A program made the position numbers and the translations under genes. A stretch of 64,000 bases of DNA from Chiloscyllium plagiosum (taxonomy: Eukaryota), in assembly GCF_004010195.1 (NCBI RefSeq), contig NC_057719.1, positions 61,734,467 to 61,798,466 of the forward strand, given 5' to 3'. This document shows positions 11,992-24,500 of this stretch, in pieces (the stretch's first letter is position 1; the number at the start of each line of letters is the position of its first letter). The notes below the pieces were generated by a model that saw only the letters and a list, made by a program, of their open reading frames with translations, was not told the DNA's origin and ran no database searches.

Positions 11992-14850
11992 TCGCATCCC
12001 TATACTTTAATGCAAGGAGTATAGTGGGTAAGGCAGATGAATTTAGGGCTTGGATTGGTGCCTGGAAGTATGACATTATTGCAATCACAGAGAAGGAAGG
12101 ACATTATTGGCAAATAAATGTTCCAGGATATAGACGCTTCTGACAGAACAGGGAGGGAAGTAAAAGGGGGGATGGAGTTGCATTGCTGGCAGGAATGATA
12201 TCACAGCTGTGCTAAAGGAGGACAATATCGAGGGCTTGAGTATTGAGGCACTATGGGTGGAGCTGAGAAATAAAAAGGGCGCAGATATATTATTGGGCCT
12301 GTATTACAGGCCTCTCAACACTGAGCGTGAGGTAGAAGAACAAAATAGGTAAACAGATTATGGAAAGATGTAGAGGCAACAGGGTAATGGTGATGGGAAA
12401 TTTTAATTTTCCCAACATTGACTGGGATACGCTTAGTGTCAGAGGTCCGGAAGGGGCAGAATTTGTAAGAAGCATCCAAGAGAATTTTCTAGAGCAGTAA
12501 GTCAATAGTCCGACGAGGGAAGGGGCCATATTGGACCTGGTGTTGGGGAATGAGCCAGGCCAGGTGGTAGAAGTTGCGGTGGGGTATTTCTTTGGGAACA
12601 TTGACCACAATTCTGTAAGTTTTAGAATACTCGTAGACAAAGATGAGAGTGGTCCTAAGGAAGAGTACGAAACTGGGCCAAGGCCAATTATATCAAAATT
12701 AGACAGGTGCTGGGAAATGTGGATTGGACACAGCTATTTGAAGGGAAGTCCACATTTAATATGTGGGAGGCTTTCAAAGATAGGTTAAAGATAGTACAGG
12801 ATAGGCATGTCCCGCTGAAAGCAAAGGATAGGAAAGGCAAGGTTCATGAACCGTGGATGACAGGAGAAACCATATGACTAGCCAAGAGGAAAAGGGAAGC
12901 GTACATAAGGTCCACGCAGCTCAGAACAGAAAGGGCCGTGGAGGAATATCAGAAGAGTAGGATTAGTCTTAAACGAGGAACCAAGTGGCCTCATCGGGGT
13001 CTTGAAATAGCTTTAGTGAGCAGAATTAAGGAGAATCCAAAAGCCTTTTATTCTTATATGAGAAGCAGGTGGGTAACTAGAGAAAGGATTGGTCCACTAA
13101 AGGATAAGGAAGGAAGGCTGTGTGTCAAACCTGAGAGAATGGGTGAGATTTTGAATGATTACTTTGCATCAGTGTTCACTGAGGAGAGGGACATGATGAA
13201 TGTTGAGATTAGAGATAAAAGTTTGATAACTCTGGATCACGTTGACATAAGTAGGGAAGATGTGTTTGGTAGGCTAGAAGTTATTAAGGTGTACAAATCC
13301 CCAGGACCGGATGGGATGTATCACAGGTTGCTGAGGGAGACGAGAGAAGAAATAGCTGGGGCCCTGACAGGTAACTTTGTAGCATCCTTGAACACAGGTG
13401 AGGTGCCGGAGGACTGAGGGCTGTTCATGTTGTCCCCCTGTACAAGAAAGGTAGTAGGGATATTCCGGGTTACTACAGACCAGTGAGTCTGATGTCAATG
13501 GTGGGAAAATTGCTGAGGGATAAAATCTATTTATATTTAGAAAAGAATGGGCTGGTAGTGATAGGCTATATGGTTTTATGCGGGGAGATCATGCCTTACC
13601 AACTTAATAGAGTTCTTTGAGGAAGTGACTAAGTTGATTGCTGAAGGAAGAGCTGCAGGTGTCATATACATGGACTTTAGTAAGGTGTTTGATAAAGTTC
13701 CCCATGGTAAACTAATGGAGAAAGTGAAGTCATATGATGTGCAGGGTGTTCTAGCTAGATGGGTAAAGAACTGGTTGAGCAACAGGAGAACAAAGAGTAG
13801 TAGTTAGAGAGTTTCTCGAAATGGAGAAAAGTGACCAGTGGTGTTCCACAGGGGTCAGTGCTGAGGCCACTGTTGTTTGTGATATACATAAATGATCTGG
13901 AAGAGGTCACTGTTGGTATGATCAGCAAGTTTGCAGATGACATGAAGATTGGTGGAGTAGCAGAAAGCATCAGGGACTGTCAAAGAATACAGGAGAATAT
14001 AGATAGACTGAAGAGTTGAGCTGAGAAGTGACAGATGGAGTTCAATCCAGGCAAATGTGAGGTGATGCATTTTAGAAAGACTAATTCTAGAGTGAATTAT
14101 ACAGTCAGCGGAAGAGCCTTGGGAAAAGTTGATGAGCAGAGAGATCTGGGAGTTCAGGTCCATTGTACCCTGAAGGTTGCTGCACAGGTAGATAGAGTGG
14201 CCAAGAAGGCATATGGTATGCTTGCCTTCATCGGACGGGGTATTGAGTATAAGAGTTGGCAGGTCATGTTAAAATTGTACACAGTGTTGGTTTGGCTGCA
14301 TTTAGAATACTGTGTACAATTCTGGTCTCCACATTACCAAAAGGATGAGGACGCTTTGAAGAGGGTGCAGAGAAGGTTTGCGAGGATATTGCCTTGTATA
14401 GAAGGTGCTAGCTACGAAGAGAGGTTGAGTAGGTTAGGTTCGTTTACATTATAAAAAAGGAGATTGAGGGGGTACCTGATTGAGGTCTACAAAATCATGA
14501 AGGGTATAGACAGGATCGATAGAGATAAGCTTTTTCCCAGGGTAAAGGATCCAATAACGAGAGGTCACACTTTCAAGGTGAGAGGTGAAAAGTTTAAGGG
14601 GGAATACATGAGGCAAGTACTTTACACAGAGGGTGGTAGGTGCTTGGAATGCGTTGCCATCAGAGGTAGCAGAGGCAGGTAAGGTAGATTCATTTAAGAT
14701 GTGTCTGGACAGATGCAGGACTAGGTGGGGAGCAGAGGGATACAGATGTTTAGGAATTGGGTGACAGGTTTAGACAGTAAATTTGGATTGGCACAAGCTT
14801 GGAGGCCTGAAGAGCCTGTTCCTGGGCTGTAAATTTTCTTTGTTCTTTGT
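11992..14850 (+). mobile_element. Second CR1 subfamily ORF2 (EN-RT to 3' tail) nested in the first CR1
   Basis: Starts at the EN N-terminus (YFNARSI), contains DFSKVFDKVPH, GVPQGS and FADD, ends in a (TTCTTTG)n tail. Confidence 0.9.
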
Positions 14851-15339
14851 TCTCTTTGAGGTGGGGGAGTCCAGAACTAGAGGCATAGGTTTCGGGTGAC
14901 AGTGGAAAGATATAAAAGAGACCTAAGGGGTAACCTTTTCACGCAGAGGGTGGTACATGTATGGATTGAGGTGCCAGAGGAAGTGGTGGAGACTTGTACA
15001 ATTGCAACATTTAAAAAGCATCTGGATGGGTATATGAATAGGAAGGGTTTGGAGGGATATAGGCCAGATGCTGGCAGATGGGACTAGGTTGGCTTGGGAT
15101 ATCTGGCCAGCATAGACGAGTTGGACCGAAGGGTCTGTTTCCGTGTTGTACATCTCTGTGGCGCTATGACCCTACGTTCCCTGGAACTGACAGTTTAATG
15201 CAATTTGCTGGAGAGGTAATGAATGTAATGGTTTTCATCTTTGATAATTGAATTCTAGAACAGTTTCAAAGGACTGAAAAGAGCTAAGCATAAGCCCATT
15301 GCTTAAGAAAAGGAAGGAGAGAAAATAGAGGTCTGCAAG

Positions 15340-15800
15340 ACACAGACTGTTGTCCATGACCTCGGCAACATCCAAGCTTGGTCTAACAAGTGACAAGTAG
15401 CACTTGTGCCACACAATGCCAGGCAATGACTATCTTCAAGACAGAATATAACCATTACCCCTTAACATTTAATGGCACTACCATTGATGAATTCCCCACT
15501 AATAACAACCTAGGGGTTACCAATGACCAGAAACTGAATGGACTAGCAATATAAATATTGTGGCTACAAGAGCAGGTCAGAAGCTAAGAATTCTGTGGTG
15601 ACTAAGTCATCTCCTCTCTATCAAATGCTGTCCACCATCCACAAGGCACAAGTCAAGAATGTGATGGAATACTCCCCACTTGCCTCCACGTGTGCTGCTC
15701 CAACAACACCACAAGGGGTTTGACACCATCCAAAGTAAAGCAAGCCCACTTTACTGACACATTGTCCATCACTTTCAACACCATTTCACATCACAATGGC
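15340..15800 (+). mobile_element. CR1/L2-group LINE RT C-terminal fragment (different family)
   Basis: LGVT.DQKL.W and HKAQVKNVMEYSPLA motifs; same family on the minus strand near 33890-34340. Confidence 0.65.
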
Positions 15801-16279
15801 CATTATGTCAAGTCTAAAGGTTGTGTAAGGAGAAACGTATTTCACAATACATTCTGGATGTCATGTGATTTAACTCAAAAAGAAAGAATATATAATATAT
15901 CAAGGAACAGCTCCTCTCATGACAGAATTCACACACATAGCCAGTGGGACAATATCTATAGATGCTAAGTTTTGGTGACCTTGGGTCTGCAAGAAACTAG
16001 GTTGCTTTAGTCTATTCGACAACTGTAATGGTTATCATACTATTGGCGCCTGGGTGATAAATTTACATTTGGACAATAGACTGGAGTCTGAGTCATGAAG
16101 AATTATTTAACAGAGTTGAAATATTACTGAACACTATCAAAGCATTTTTACAATAACTGCGTGAGATATGTTTGTGATATTTGTATATGGAACATTTATT
16201 TTAATTTCAATAATTCTGAAGAAGAGGGCTTTGCTCAAAAAGTAAATCCACAGAAATATCAGTTCTTTTATCAATGCAG

Positions 16280-16785
16280 GAGCAAATAATTGCAGATGCT
16301 GGAATCTGTACTGAAAACGTCAAATGCTAGAGATCACAGCAGGTCAGGTAGCATCCATGGAGAGAGGTGGAGCAAGCTAATGTTTCAAGTCTAGATGACT
16401 CTTCATCAGAGCTGACATGAAGTGTGGAGGGGGCAACATTTATTCTATAGTTGGGGGGGTTAGTGGGGATAGTTGGGTGTAGAGTGCTGGGGGAGAAAGG
16501 ATGTTGCTAGTTCGGATTAAGTGATTGGACTGTGAGAATGGCACAACAATGGTGTGTCTAACTGTTAGACTGGAAAGAACAGATAGTCCCTCTGGGGTAG
16601 GGGGAGGGGAGTGAGGACATGGTGACAGGAAATGTACCAAGCAAAGCTCAAAGAAAGGAAAGGAATGGGATTTGGTTCATAATTTGAAGGCGTTGAACTC
16701 AATATTAAATCCAGAAGGTTGTAAAGTGCTGAGACTGAAAGTGAGATGTGGTTCCTCCAGGTTGTGCTGTGATTCACTGGAGCAT
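16280..16785 (-). mobile_element. Penelope-like 3' end / inverted terminal repeat
   Basis: GIY-YIG C-terminus (LEEPHLTFSLSTLQPSGFNIEFN) and terminal repeat with hammerhead-like motif. Confidence 0.85.
16375..16413 (-). ncRNA. Hammerhead-like motif of a second Penelope family (partly decayed)
   Basis: Minus strand AGCT-CTGATGA-A-GAGTC-ATCTA-GACTT-GAAAC-ATT-AGCT: core boxes, stem II and a 4-bp helix I (AGCT/AGCT). Confidence 0.55.
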
Positions 16786-16789
16786 TTGA

Positions 16790-19020
16790 TGCACTTTGCT
16801 CTCTCAGATCCAACCCTAACTTTGTTATCAAACCCGCTGACAAAGGCAGTGTTGTTGTCACCTGGTGCATTGATATTTACCACGTGGAGGCCCAACGCCA
16901 ACTCTTGGACACTTCTTCCAACCTCCCCGTGAACATCTGAACATCAAGCCATTATTGCCAGGAGTGTCACCAATCTCATTACCTCCAGACATCTCCTCCT
17001 CCTCACCACCACCACCCCCCCACCCCCACTGCGTCCAACCTTATAGTCTCCCAAACCCAGACAACCCATTACTACCTCTTTCCAAAATCCACAAACCAGA
17101 CTGCCCCAGTAGGCTCATCATAGCAGCCTTTTGCTGCCCCACTGAGCTCATTTCCTCCTGCCTTGACTCCATCCTCTCTCCACTTTTTCAGACCCTTTCC
17201 CCCTACATCCACAATTCCTCTTATGCCTTCTGCATAACCCTAACTGCCTCTGGTTCACCATGCAAAGTGCGGCAAATAATCCAGTGAATCACAAAGCAAA
17301 CTGGAGGAACCACATCTCACTATCAATCTCGGCACTTTACAGCCTTCAGTTCAATACCTTCAAACTGTGAACTAAATCCCATTCCTTTCTTTGAGCTTTG
17401 CTTGTTACATTCCCTGTCACCATGTCCTCTCTCCCCTCACCCCGATCCCAGTGGGACTGTCTGTTCTTTCCAGTCTGGCAGTTAGACACACCATTGTGCC
17501 ATTCTCACATTCCAACCACTTCATCTGAACTATCACTTAATCCCTCTGTACGACTATTCTCCCACCAGGATGGTGTGAGAGCTCTCGACTTCTTCCGCAA
17601 CCACAGATATGAACAACCTCCATCCATCACCATCCTCCTCTTCTTGGCTGAACTTGTTCGCTCACTGAACAATTTCTCCTTTATTTCATCCAACCTGCAA
17701 AGTCAAAAGAGTGGCTATGGCCACTCGCATGGGTCCCAGTTATTCCTGCCCCTTTATGGGGTGTGTGGAATGATCTTTGTTCCAGCCCTAAACTTGCCCC
17801 TTCCACAACTCTTTTCTCAATACATCAACGACTGTTTCAGTGCCACTTCATGCTCCTGCCAAGACCTTGAAAACTTTGTTCATTTTGCCTCCAGTTCCCA
17901 CCTCTCTATAACTTTCACATTGCCCATTTCCAATACTTCTTTTCCTTTCCTTGTCCTCTCTGTCTCCATTTCAGGGAATAATCTGTACACTGCCATCCAT
18001 AGCTACCCTCACTACAGCTCTTCACTTCTCAGGACCTGCAAGGATTCTATCCCATTCTCCCAGTTCTTTCACCTAGCTGTATCTGTTGAGATAAAGCCAT
18101 CTTCCAAAACAGTGCTGTTGACATTGCTTGCCTCTTCCATGACCGTGGTTTCCCACTCACTGTGGTTGACAGAGCCCTCAACCACATCTGACCTATCACC
18201 CGTGTTTCCACCTCTACTCCTTCCTATCATTCACAGCAACATGATCAGACACCCATATCCTAATTTTTCATTCCAACAGCCTCTGCATTCAAAGGATCAT
18301 TCTCCAACCTTTCAGACAACTCCTGCAGAACGCCACCATCAAACACATCTTCTCCTCATTGCCCATGTTTGCGTTTTGTAGGGATCATTCCATCTGGGCC
18401 ACCCAAGTCCAATCCTTAACCACCAACACTTGGCCCCTTTTCCCTCAGCATCTTCCCAATAACCACAGAAGGTGCAACATCTGCCCCTTCCCCTCCACCC
18501 TGCTCATCATCCAAGGGCATAGTCTTTCCGGGTGATGCAGCATTTCACCTGTACTTCCACCAATCTTGTGTATTGTATTCGCTGCACCCAATGGGCTCTA
18601 CTCTACATTGGAGAAACTAAACATAGACTGGGTGACCACTTTGTGGAATACCTCTGTTCTGTGCATAATCATGACCACGACCTTCCTGTAGCCGGTCATT
18701 TTAAGTGTCCTGCTCGCATGCCCACATTGTCTGTCCTCGGCTTGCTGCAGTGTTCCAGTGAATCACATACCAAACTGGAGAAGCAACATCTCATTTTCAA
18801 ATTAGGCATGTTACAGCCTTCTAATATTAAGTCTAACACCTTCAAAGTGAACCAACTACCATTCTTTCCCTTTATTTGACTTTACCTTTACTTTAGCTGT
18901 TCTGCCATCCTCACATTCTGATCACAGACTGAACAATCAACATCCTTTCTCCCCCAGTATTCTGCACCCCAGCAAACCGCCTCCCAACTATAGCATAAAG
19001 GCTGTCCCCTCCACGCTTAG
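16790..19020 (+). mobile_element. Decayed Penelope-like element RT + GIY-YIG endonuclease, with an internal terminal-repeat copy at ~17290-17532
   Basis: IKPADKG, LSKIHKPDCPSRLII, SQYIND, VYCIRCTQWALLYIGETKHRLGDHF..LEKQHLIFKLG. Confidence 0.88.
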
Positions 19021-19073
19021 CATATTGACTAAGTCTATTGACCCAGGTCTTCTGAGTTGGGACTGTTTAATCT

Positions 19074-19280
19074 GAGAAAAGTGAACACTGCAGATGCTGG
19101 AGATCAGAGTCAATGAGTGTGGTGCTGGAAAAGCACAACCAGTCAGGCAGCATTTGAGGAGCAGGAGAGTCAACGTTTCAAGCATCGCTCGATGAAGAGC
19201 TCATGCTTGAAACATCAATTCTCTTGCTCCTCGGATGCTGCCTGACTGGCTGTGCTTTTCCAGCACCACACTCTTCGACT
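19074..19280. mobile_element. Palindromic Penelope-terminus-derived mini element
   Basis: Two terminal-repeat halves head-to-head; GACTGTTTA duplicated at 19061-19069 and 19277-19285. Confidence 0.8.
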
Positions 19281-20129
19281 GTTTATTCCTGGTTAGTTTG
19301 TTGTTAAGGGTAATGATAAACACCATAAATTTTCCAGGATTCCTCAGCTATCCTTGGAAATTATAATTATGAACTATCAACATATGGGTCCCCAAGTTGG
19401 AATTCTTCACCCTTGTAAACCACTTAGCACACAAACAGGCACAGATAAACAAAAAAACAATTGGTTTGAAGGATAAAGGGAAAGAAAATCTGGCTGTCAT
19501 AATTCAATAGTACTAGACCACAGGATTCAGTGAAATGATCATTTTGGCTTTCCAGAACTTTCTGTTCTTCAATCTATTTTTCAGGTTCCTTCACTTTTTC
19601 ACAGGTGGGACAAGGCATTTGGTATATTAACAGAAACTCTCTTAGTTACTATTTAAGAGCAACAGTTTATAGCAACTGATGGGAAAAAATATTTGGCTTT
19701 TTTCAGGTTTAAAGTGAGTTATTGCAGAGAGAGAGAGATGCAATATGTCCTTCCAGAGGTACAAAGGCTTCTCATGGTATTGTTTATACCTGCAAACTAA
19801 TATGCTCCCCCAGAATTGTCGGCAGGCTGATTACCTCTGGCATCCATGACTGTTCACAATTGCACAAACCAATCAACTACTTCTTCCCAGCCAAAGCTTA
19901 CACTTTCATTGTTTTGCCCACAGCTTGAAAACAGCAGCAAAGCAAACAGCACACACAATGAGTTTCAGTACCTTGGTTATAAAAGTGCGGCAATTCCTTT
20001 CCAAAGTCCTTGGTTTTAAAACAGTCCTTTCTTCATTTCAGTCCACAATTAAAAGTACAAAAACCAAAATGATACCATCTTTACAACACCAACAGATTTG
20101 GTTTCATCAACCATCTCTGTTATCTCTTC

Positions 20130-21005
20130 AAAAATGCCAGCAAGTTAGTCAGACAAGACCTTCCCTTAACAAATCCATGCTGGATCTTCCCAAGAAACCC
20201 ACATTTTCCATTTGACTATTCATTTTATCCTGAATAATTGCTGCTAGCAGTTTTCTAGCAGATGAAGACGGATGCAAAGTAATCATTTAACACATCAGGA
20301 ACGCATCTTGTCTCCAGCTGTAAGTCCCTTCTTTAGCCCCTAATTGACCTTATTCCTCATTTTACTGCTCTTCTACTGTTTATGTGCTTATCAAAGACTT
20401 TGGGATTTTCCTTCAGGTTAGCTGTCAGTCTTATCTTACAATCTATTGTTGCTTCGCCTATTAGTTTCTCACCTCTCTTCTGAACATTCTGCATTCAGCA
20501 TTGTACTCAATTGGATTTACAACCTGATATTGGTCATATATACAAATTTTCTTCTTATGTTGCTCTCTATGTACTTGTCATCCAGAAAGCTCTAGATTTA
20601 TTTGTCCTATCTTTCCATTTTGAGGCAATTTAACTTGACTGCACTCAAACTATCTCTCCTTTGAAGGTATGCCATTATTCAGCTACAGCTTTCGCCATCA
20701 ACCTTTGGTTTCAATCAAACTGGCCCAGTTCTTTTCTTGCCCTGTTGAAATTTGCTCTCTGCTAATTAATTAAATTATCCTGGATTGGCCATTGTCATTT
20801 TTCACTGTCTTCCTAAACCTCATGATACAATGATCATTGTTCCCTAAATGTTCACCCACCTACTTTTAATGTACTAGGCTCACCTCATTCCCAGGAACAA
20901 GGACTAATAGTGCATCATTTCATGTTAGACCAGATACATACTGCTGTAAGAAATTCTTAAGAACACAATTAAAGAAACTTTCCACTTCTCCACCCTTAAC
21001 ACTAT
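20130..21005 (-). mobile_element. Old decayed CR1 ORF2 fragment
   Basis: Reverse complement resembles EN C-terminal and QHGFVKGRSC-like segments of other CR1 copies. Confidence 0.55.
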
Positions 21006-21946
21006 CAGACCTGTAAGAGCAACTTAAGTTATGTGGTCTCCTTTTGAGGTGTGATGTACCCTTTAGGAGAGATAGGGTACTATTCTAGACTGGTCCCAGG
21101 ACAATTTTGAGGGGGCTTAGTACCCTGTGGGAGAGGTATGGTGCTTTTTGAAAATAGACATAACTGTGTGCGAAAAGCATATAAATTCATTGGAACTGTC
21201 AAGGTCATTGTTATTGAAAAACGTTTTTGATGACTTTCTCACCCAGGCTTGGTTTTGGAACCAGGAATTGTTCCAATTCTGCACAACTGATCCAAGAGTG
21301 AAAACTCAGATCAAGAAGCAATTTCCTGCATTCTGGGTGTGGTGAAATTGCACATCTGCCCTATATTTTTGAAAACTTCAGTACAGCTTGCATACAGAAA
21401 TAATTTCTCCCCAGCTACTGTGAACTTTCAGAATATTTCTTCAGAATTTTTCTTGCATTGAGGCAGAAAAAACAAGGAGCATGCACTGTCGCAATGCACA
21501 AATGGTCTTCTTTTGTGTTGTATATTTATATGATGCTTGCTGCAATTAAATTAAAATAATAGAATTTAAAATACATGTAATTCTGTAAATCAAATCATTT
21601 ACAGTTCTTTGACTACTGTAACAATATACATTTATTTATCACCATAATATAAAAATGCATATCAAATGCTGCATTTGAAAATCAGAGCAATAACACTGGT
21701 GATTGGCCAAACTAATAACTTCATCTTCTTTCAGTTATCCAAAACCACAGATATGTCATCTCAATTATATTAAACTACATCCCATTATAGAAATTTTATT
21801 TAACTGAAGTATACTCATTCCAACTATTTTAATGTTATTTTTGGATTTATGTTTACTGGTACAATACCAATAGAATTTCAGTTTATGTATTACTTCATAT
21901 CAAAATTCACTTTTTTTAAAATAAAATGTCCATCCTTTATCCTTAC

Positions 21947-22258
21947 CTTTAGTTGGACCAGGTGAACGTCTACATGTCTATTCTCTGTATCCTGCTGGAC
22001 AGAGTAGGTGAGGTCTCGAACCCGCTCTGATGTCATACGAAGCCACGTTTCTATTTCCGGCAAGTGAAGGACAACTTTCCAGTCTGCACCAGTGTGAAGT
22101 GGTGGTGGCTTCTCATAGCGTTGCATAGTGTCAAGTTCCTTCATTCTTCCCTCATCCTCTGGCTCTTCGAGAGGGGTCATGTTTGTGATCATAGGAGATG
22201 CATCTGATGCCATGGCATCCAACTCTTGGCTGCACACTGGGGACAGTACGATGCTCAT
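21947..22258 (-). CDS. AKAP6: A-kinase anchor protein 6 (mAKAP), first coding exon (104 codons; gene continues beyond the window start)
   Basis: Translation MSIVLSPVCSQELDAMASDASPM...YEKPPPLHTGADWKVVLHLPEIETWLRMTSERVRDLTYSVQQDTENRHVDVHLVQLK matches the vertebrate AKAP6 N-terminus as I recall it. ATG in GCCATGA context with an in-frame upstream TGA (22300-22298). Phase-0 donor AAG|GTAAGG at 21946. Confidence 0.95.
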
Positions 22259-22301
22259 GGCTGTTGTGCTTAAAGCCACACTGGACTCCTTTTGTGTTCA
22301 G
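22259..22301 (-). other. AKAP6: 5' UTR part of the AKAP6 first coding exon, with splice acceptor
   Basis: Minus strand reads T-rich tract ...TTATTTTTTGGTGTTGTGTGTGTCTCTTTAG|CTGAACAC; acceptor AG at 22303-22302. Confidence 0.85.
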
Positions 22302-22427
22302 CTAAAGAGACACACACAACACCAAAAAATAAGAAAGGTGTCTGCTAATAAAGCTGAATCCAACCTACTTTGACCTCATTTGAAAATAAGCTTACTGGGC
22401 CCATTTAGTTCAATTCCTTTCAGTTTT

Positions 22428-22749
22428 GGATTAGATTAGATTACTTACTTACAGTGTGGAAACAGGTCCTTCAGCCCAACAAGTCCACACCGCCCCGCCG
22501 AAGCGCAACCCACCCATACCCCTACGTTTACCCCTTACCTAACACCACGGGCAATTTAGCATGGCCAATTCACCTGACCTGCACATTTTTGGACTGTGGG
22601 AGGAAACCGGAGCACCCGGAGGAAACCCACGCAGAGACGGGGAGAATGTGCAAACTCCACACAGTTAGTCGCCTGAGGCGGGAATTGAACCCGGGTCTCT
22701 GGCGCTGTGAGGCAGCAGTGCTAACCACTGTGCCACTGTGCCGCCCACC
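22428..22749 (-). mobile_element. tRNA-derived SINE, HE1/V-SINE type
   Basis: Minus strand: A box TGGCACAGTGG, B box GGTTCAATTCC, V-SINE-like core (GTGTGGAGTTTGCACATTCTCCCCG..GGTTTCCTCC), (TAATC)n tail. Confidence 0.88.
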
Positions 22750-22859
22750 ATTAGGTTTTTAATGTTTTTAGGAGTAATGTTTAATGTCATAGATAAATGC
22801 CAAGATGGATCATACACAATTAACATTTTAAGTCCAACGTGACCCTTCCTCAAAAACTC

Positions 22860-23110
22860 CTTTTCTACCATTAGCATTCCCTTGTCTTTGGCTTTGGGCC
22901 TCCTCAACATGTGTTCCACTTGCTCCTCCTCACTATCTGTCAACAGCAAAATAAACACAATTTTCCAGCATCTTTCAGTCTTGAAGATGAGTTATATTGG
23001 ATTCAAAAAATTGATTCTGCTTCTTTCTCCACAGCTGCGCCAGATCTACTGAGGTCCTCCAGAATTTTATACTTTTTTTTTCAAATTCCTAGCATCCACT
23101 ATATTGCGTT
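22860..23110 (+). mobile_element. Decayed Penelope terminal repeat
   Basis: Similar to the other Penelope tails (..TCTCCACAGCTGC..TCCTAGCATCCAC). Confidence 0.5.
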
Positions 23111-23359
23111 TTTATATGGATCATATAGGAACTGATTCAGAGGAGGTACACCAGACATGTTTTGCATGACTACTTATAGCAAACTATCCCTTTCATGGAA
23201 AGAGAAATAACTCTTTAATGAAAAGCTTCCATTCAAGTCATTCATGCATATATCTTTCCTCATAAATAGCATGCGGATTCAATGGACTTTACCCTTGTGA
23301 ACATGCTTCAACCTCTGCTCTGATTATTTCAAAGAAACCAAGATGGTTATTATCCTTTA

Positions 23360-24500
23360 TTTAAAAGCAAAATACTGTGGATGCTGGAAATGTGAAACAA
23401 ACATAGAAGGATAGACAAACACAACAAGTCCAATAACATCTTTGGAGAAGGAAATTGAGTTAATGTTTCAAGTCTGCTATGATTCTTCCACAGAACTGAA
23501 AGGTGTTGTAAATTTAGTTTTGACAGAGATAGAGCAGGAGAAAGGATGCAAACAGCGTAGTGATACTATGCAAACAGTTGTTTGTGGTGGTGAAAGAGAA
23601 AAAGAAATGTAAATTATGTGTAAATTAAGGTGTGAAAGAGAGAAGATGGGTCCTCTTTACTAAGAATAAAGTAAACAAGTCACAAACAAGACAAAGCTAT
23701 ACGAAGGAGGTTAAGAGAGAGAGCATAAGAAAAATGGAGCACAGACAAGTTTCTGAACTTATTGAATTGAGACGTGAGTAGAAAATGAAATGTTATTACT
23801 TGAGATTGCATTGTGCTTCATTGGAACATGGCAGCTGGCCCAGGACAGAAATGTAAGCATGCGATCAAGGTGATTGAAATGGCAAGCGACTGGAAGGTTG
23901 TGATCATTCCAATGGATAGAGGAGGTGTTCTGCAAAGCAGTCACCCAGTCTGCACTCAGTCTTGACAATATAAAGGAGATCATATTGTAAGCAGTAGCTA
24001 CAGTAGACTAGATTGAAAAAAGTACAAATAAAATGCTGCTTCACGTGGAAGGTATTTTTGGGGCCTTGGAGAGTGAGAAGGGAGGAGTGAAGAGGCAAGT
24101 GTTACATATTCTGTAACTGCATGGGAAGGTGCCATGGAGGAATTAAGGAAATATTAGGAGTGATGAAGGAGTGGTGTCACAGAGAAAGTGTCCTTATGGG
24201 ATACTGACAAGGGAGGGGAGTGAAAGATGTTTTTGGTGATGGCACCCTAGGGGAGGTACCAAAAATGGCAGAGGATGATCCTTTGAATGACGAGGCAAGT
24301 GAGGTGGAAAGTAAGGACAAAGGGAACCCTATTGTTTTTCTAGGAAGGAGGGAGGAGTGAGGGCAGATTTGCAAGACCCTGTCGACCACAATGGGGGTAA
24401 TCCTCAGTTAGGGAAAAAGAAGATCATGTCAGAGGCAGCCCATTGGAAGTTGGCACATCAGATCAGAGATGGAAATAGTGGGAGAAATGAATCCCTGCCA
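23360..24500 (-). mobile_element. Decayed Penelope-like element (RT C-terminus, GIY-YIG, tail)
   Basis: TFHVKQHFICTFFNLVYCSYC..LLYIVKTECRLGDCFAEHL (23904-24098). Confidence 0.85.

Larger units (their letters stand above)
6067..15170 (+). mobile_element. Near-full-length decayed CR1 LINE (5' UTR, ORF1 zinc finger + SGNH esterase, ORF2 EN-RT, 3' end), interrupted by Penelope (6778-8410) and a second CR1 (11992-14850)
   Basis: ORF1 CSSC..YICNKC, TGTND, KKDRLHLN. ORF2 YYRPPN, GDFNFPNIDW, PGNYRPVSLTS, DFSKAFDKVPH, GVPQGS, FADDTK. 3' end resumes at ~14850. Confidence 0.92.

Noticed and set aside
10800..14682. Functional reverse transcriptase gene or retron-like system
   Set aside because: Ordinary CR1 ORF2 fragments broken by stops and frameshifts.
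17398..18879. Intact or domesticated RT/GIY-YIG gene
   Set aside because: Penelope motifs switch frames repeatedly and catalytic motifs are degraded.
1..21900. Next AKAP6 coding exon (expected to begin DICEDISDHVEQIHALLETEF)
   Set aside because: No such translation seen in the ORF track or by eye; it probably lies beyond the window start.
21890..22279. 129-aa ORF as a complete single-exon gene starting at 22279
   Set aside because: The first codon is GTG; the likely start is ATG 22258, and AKAP6 similarity ends at the donor at 21946.
22650..22749. tRNA gene
   Set aside because: The A/B boxes belong to the head of a SINE that continues into a SINE body and tail; same for 42790-42870.
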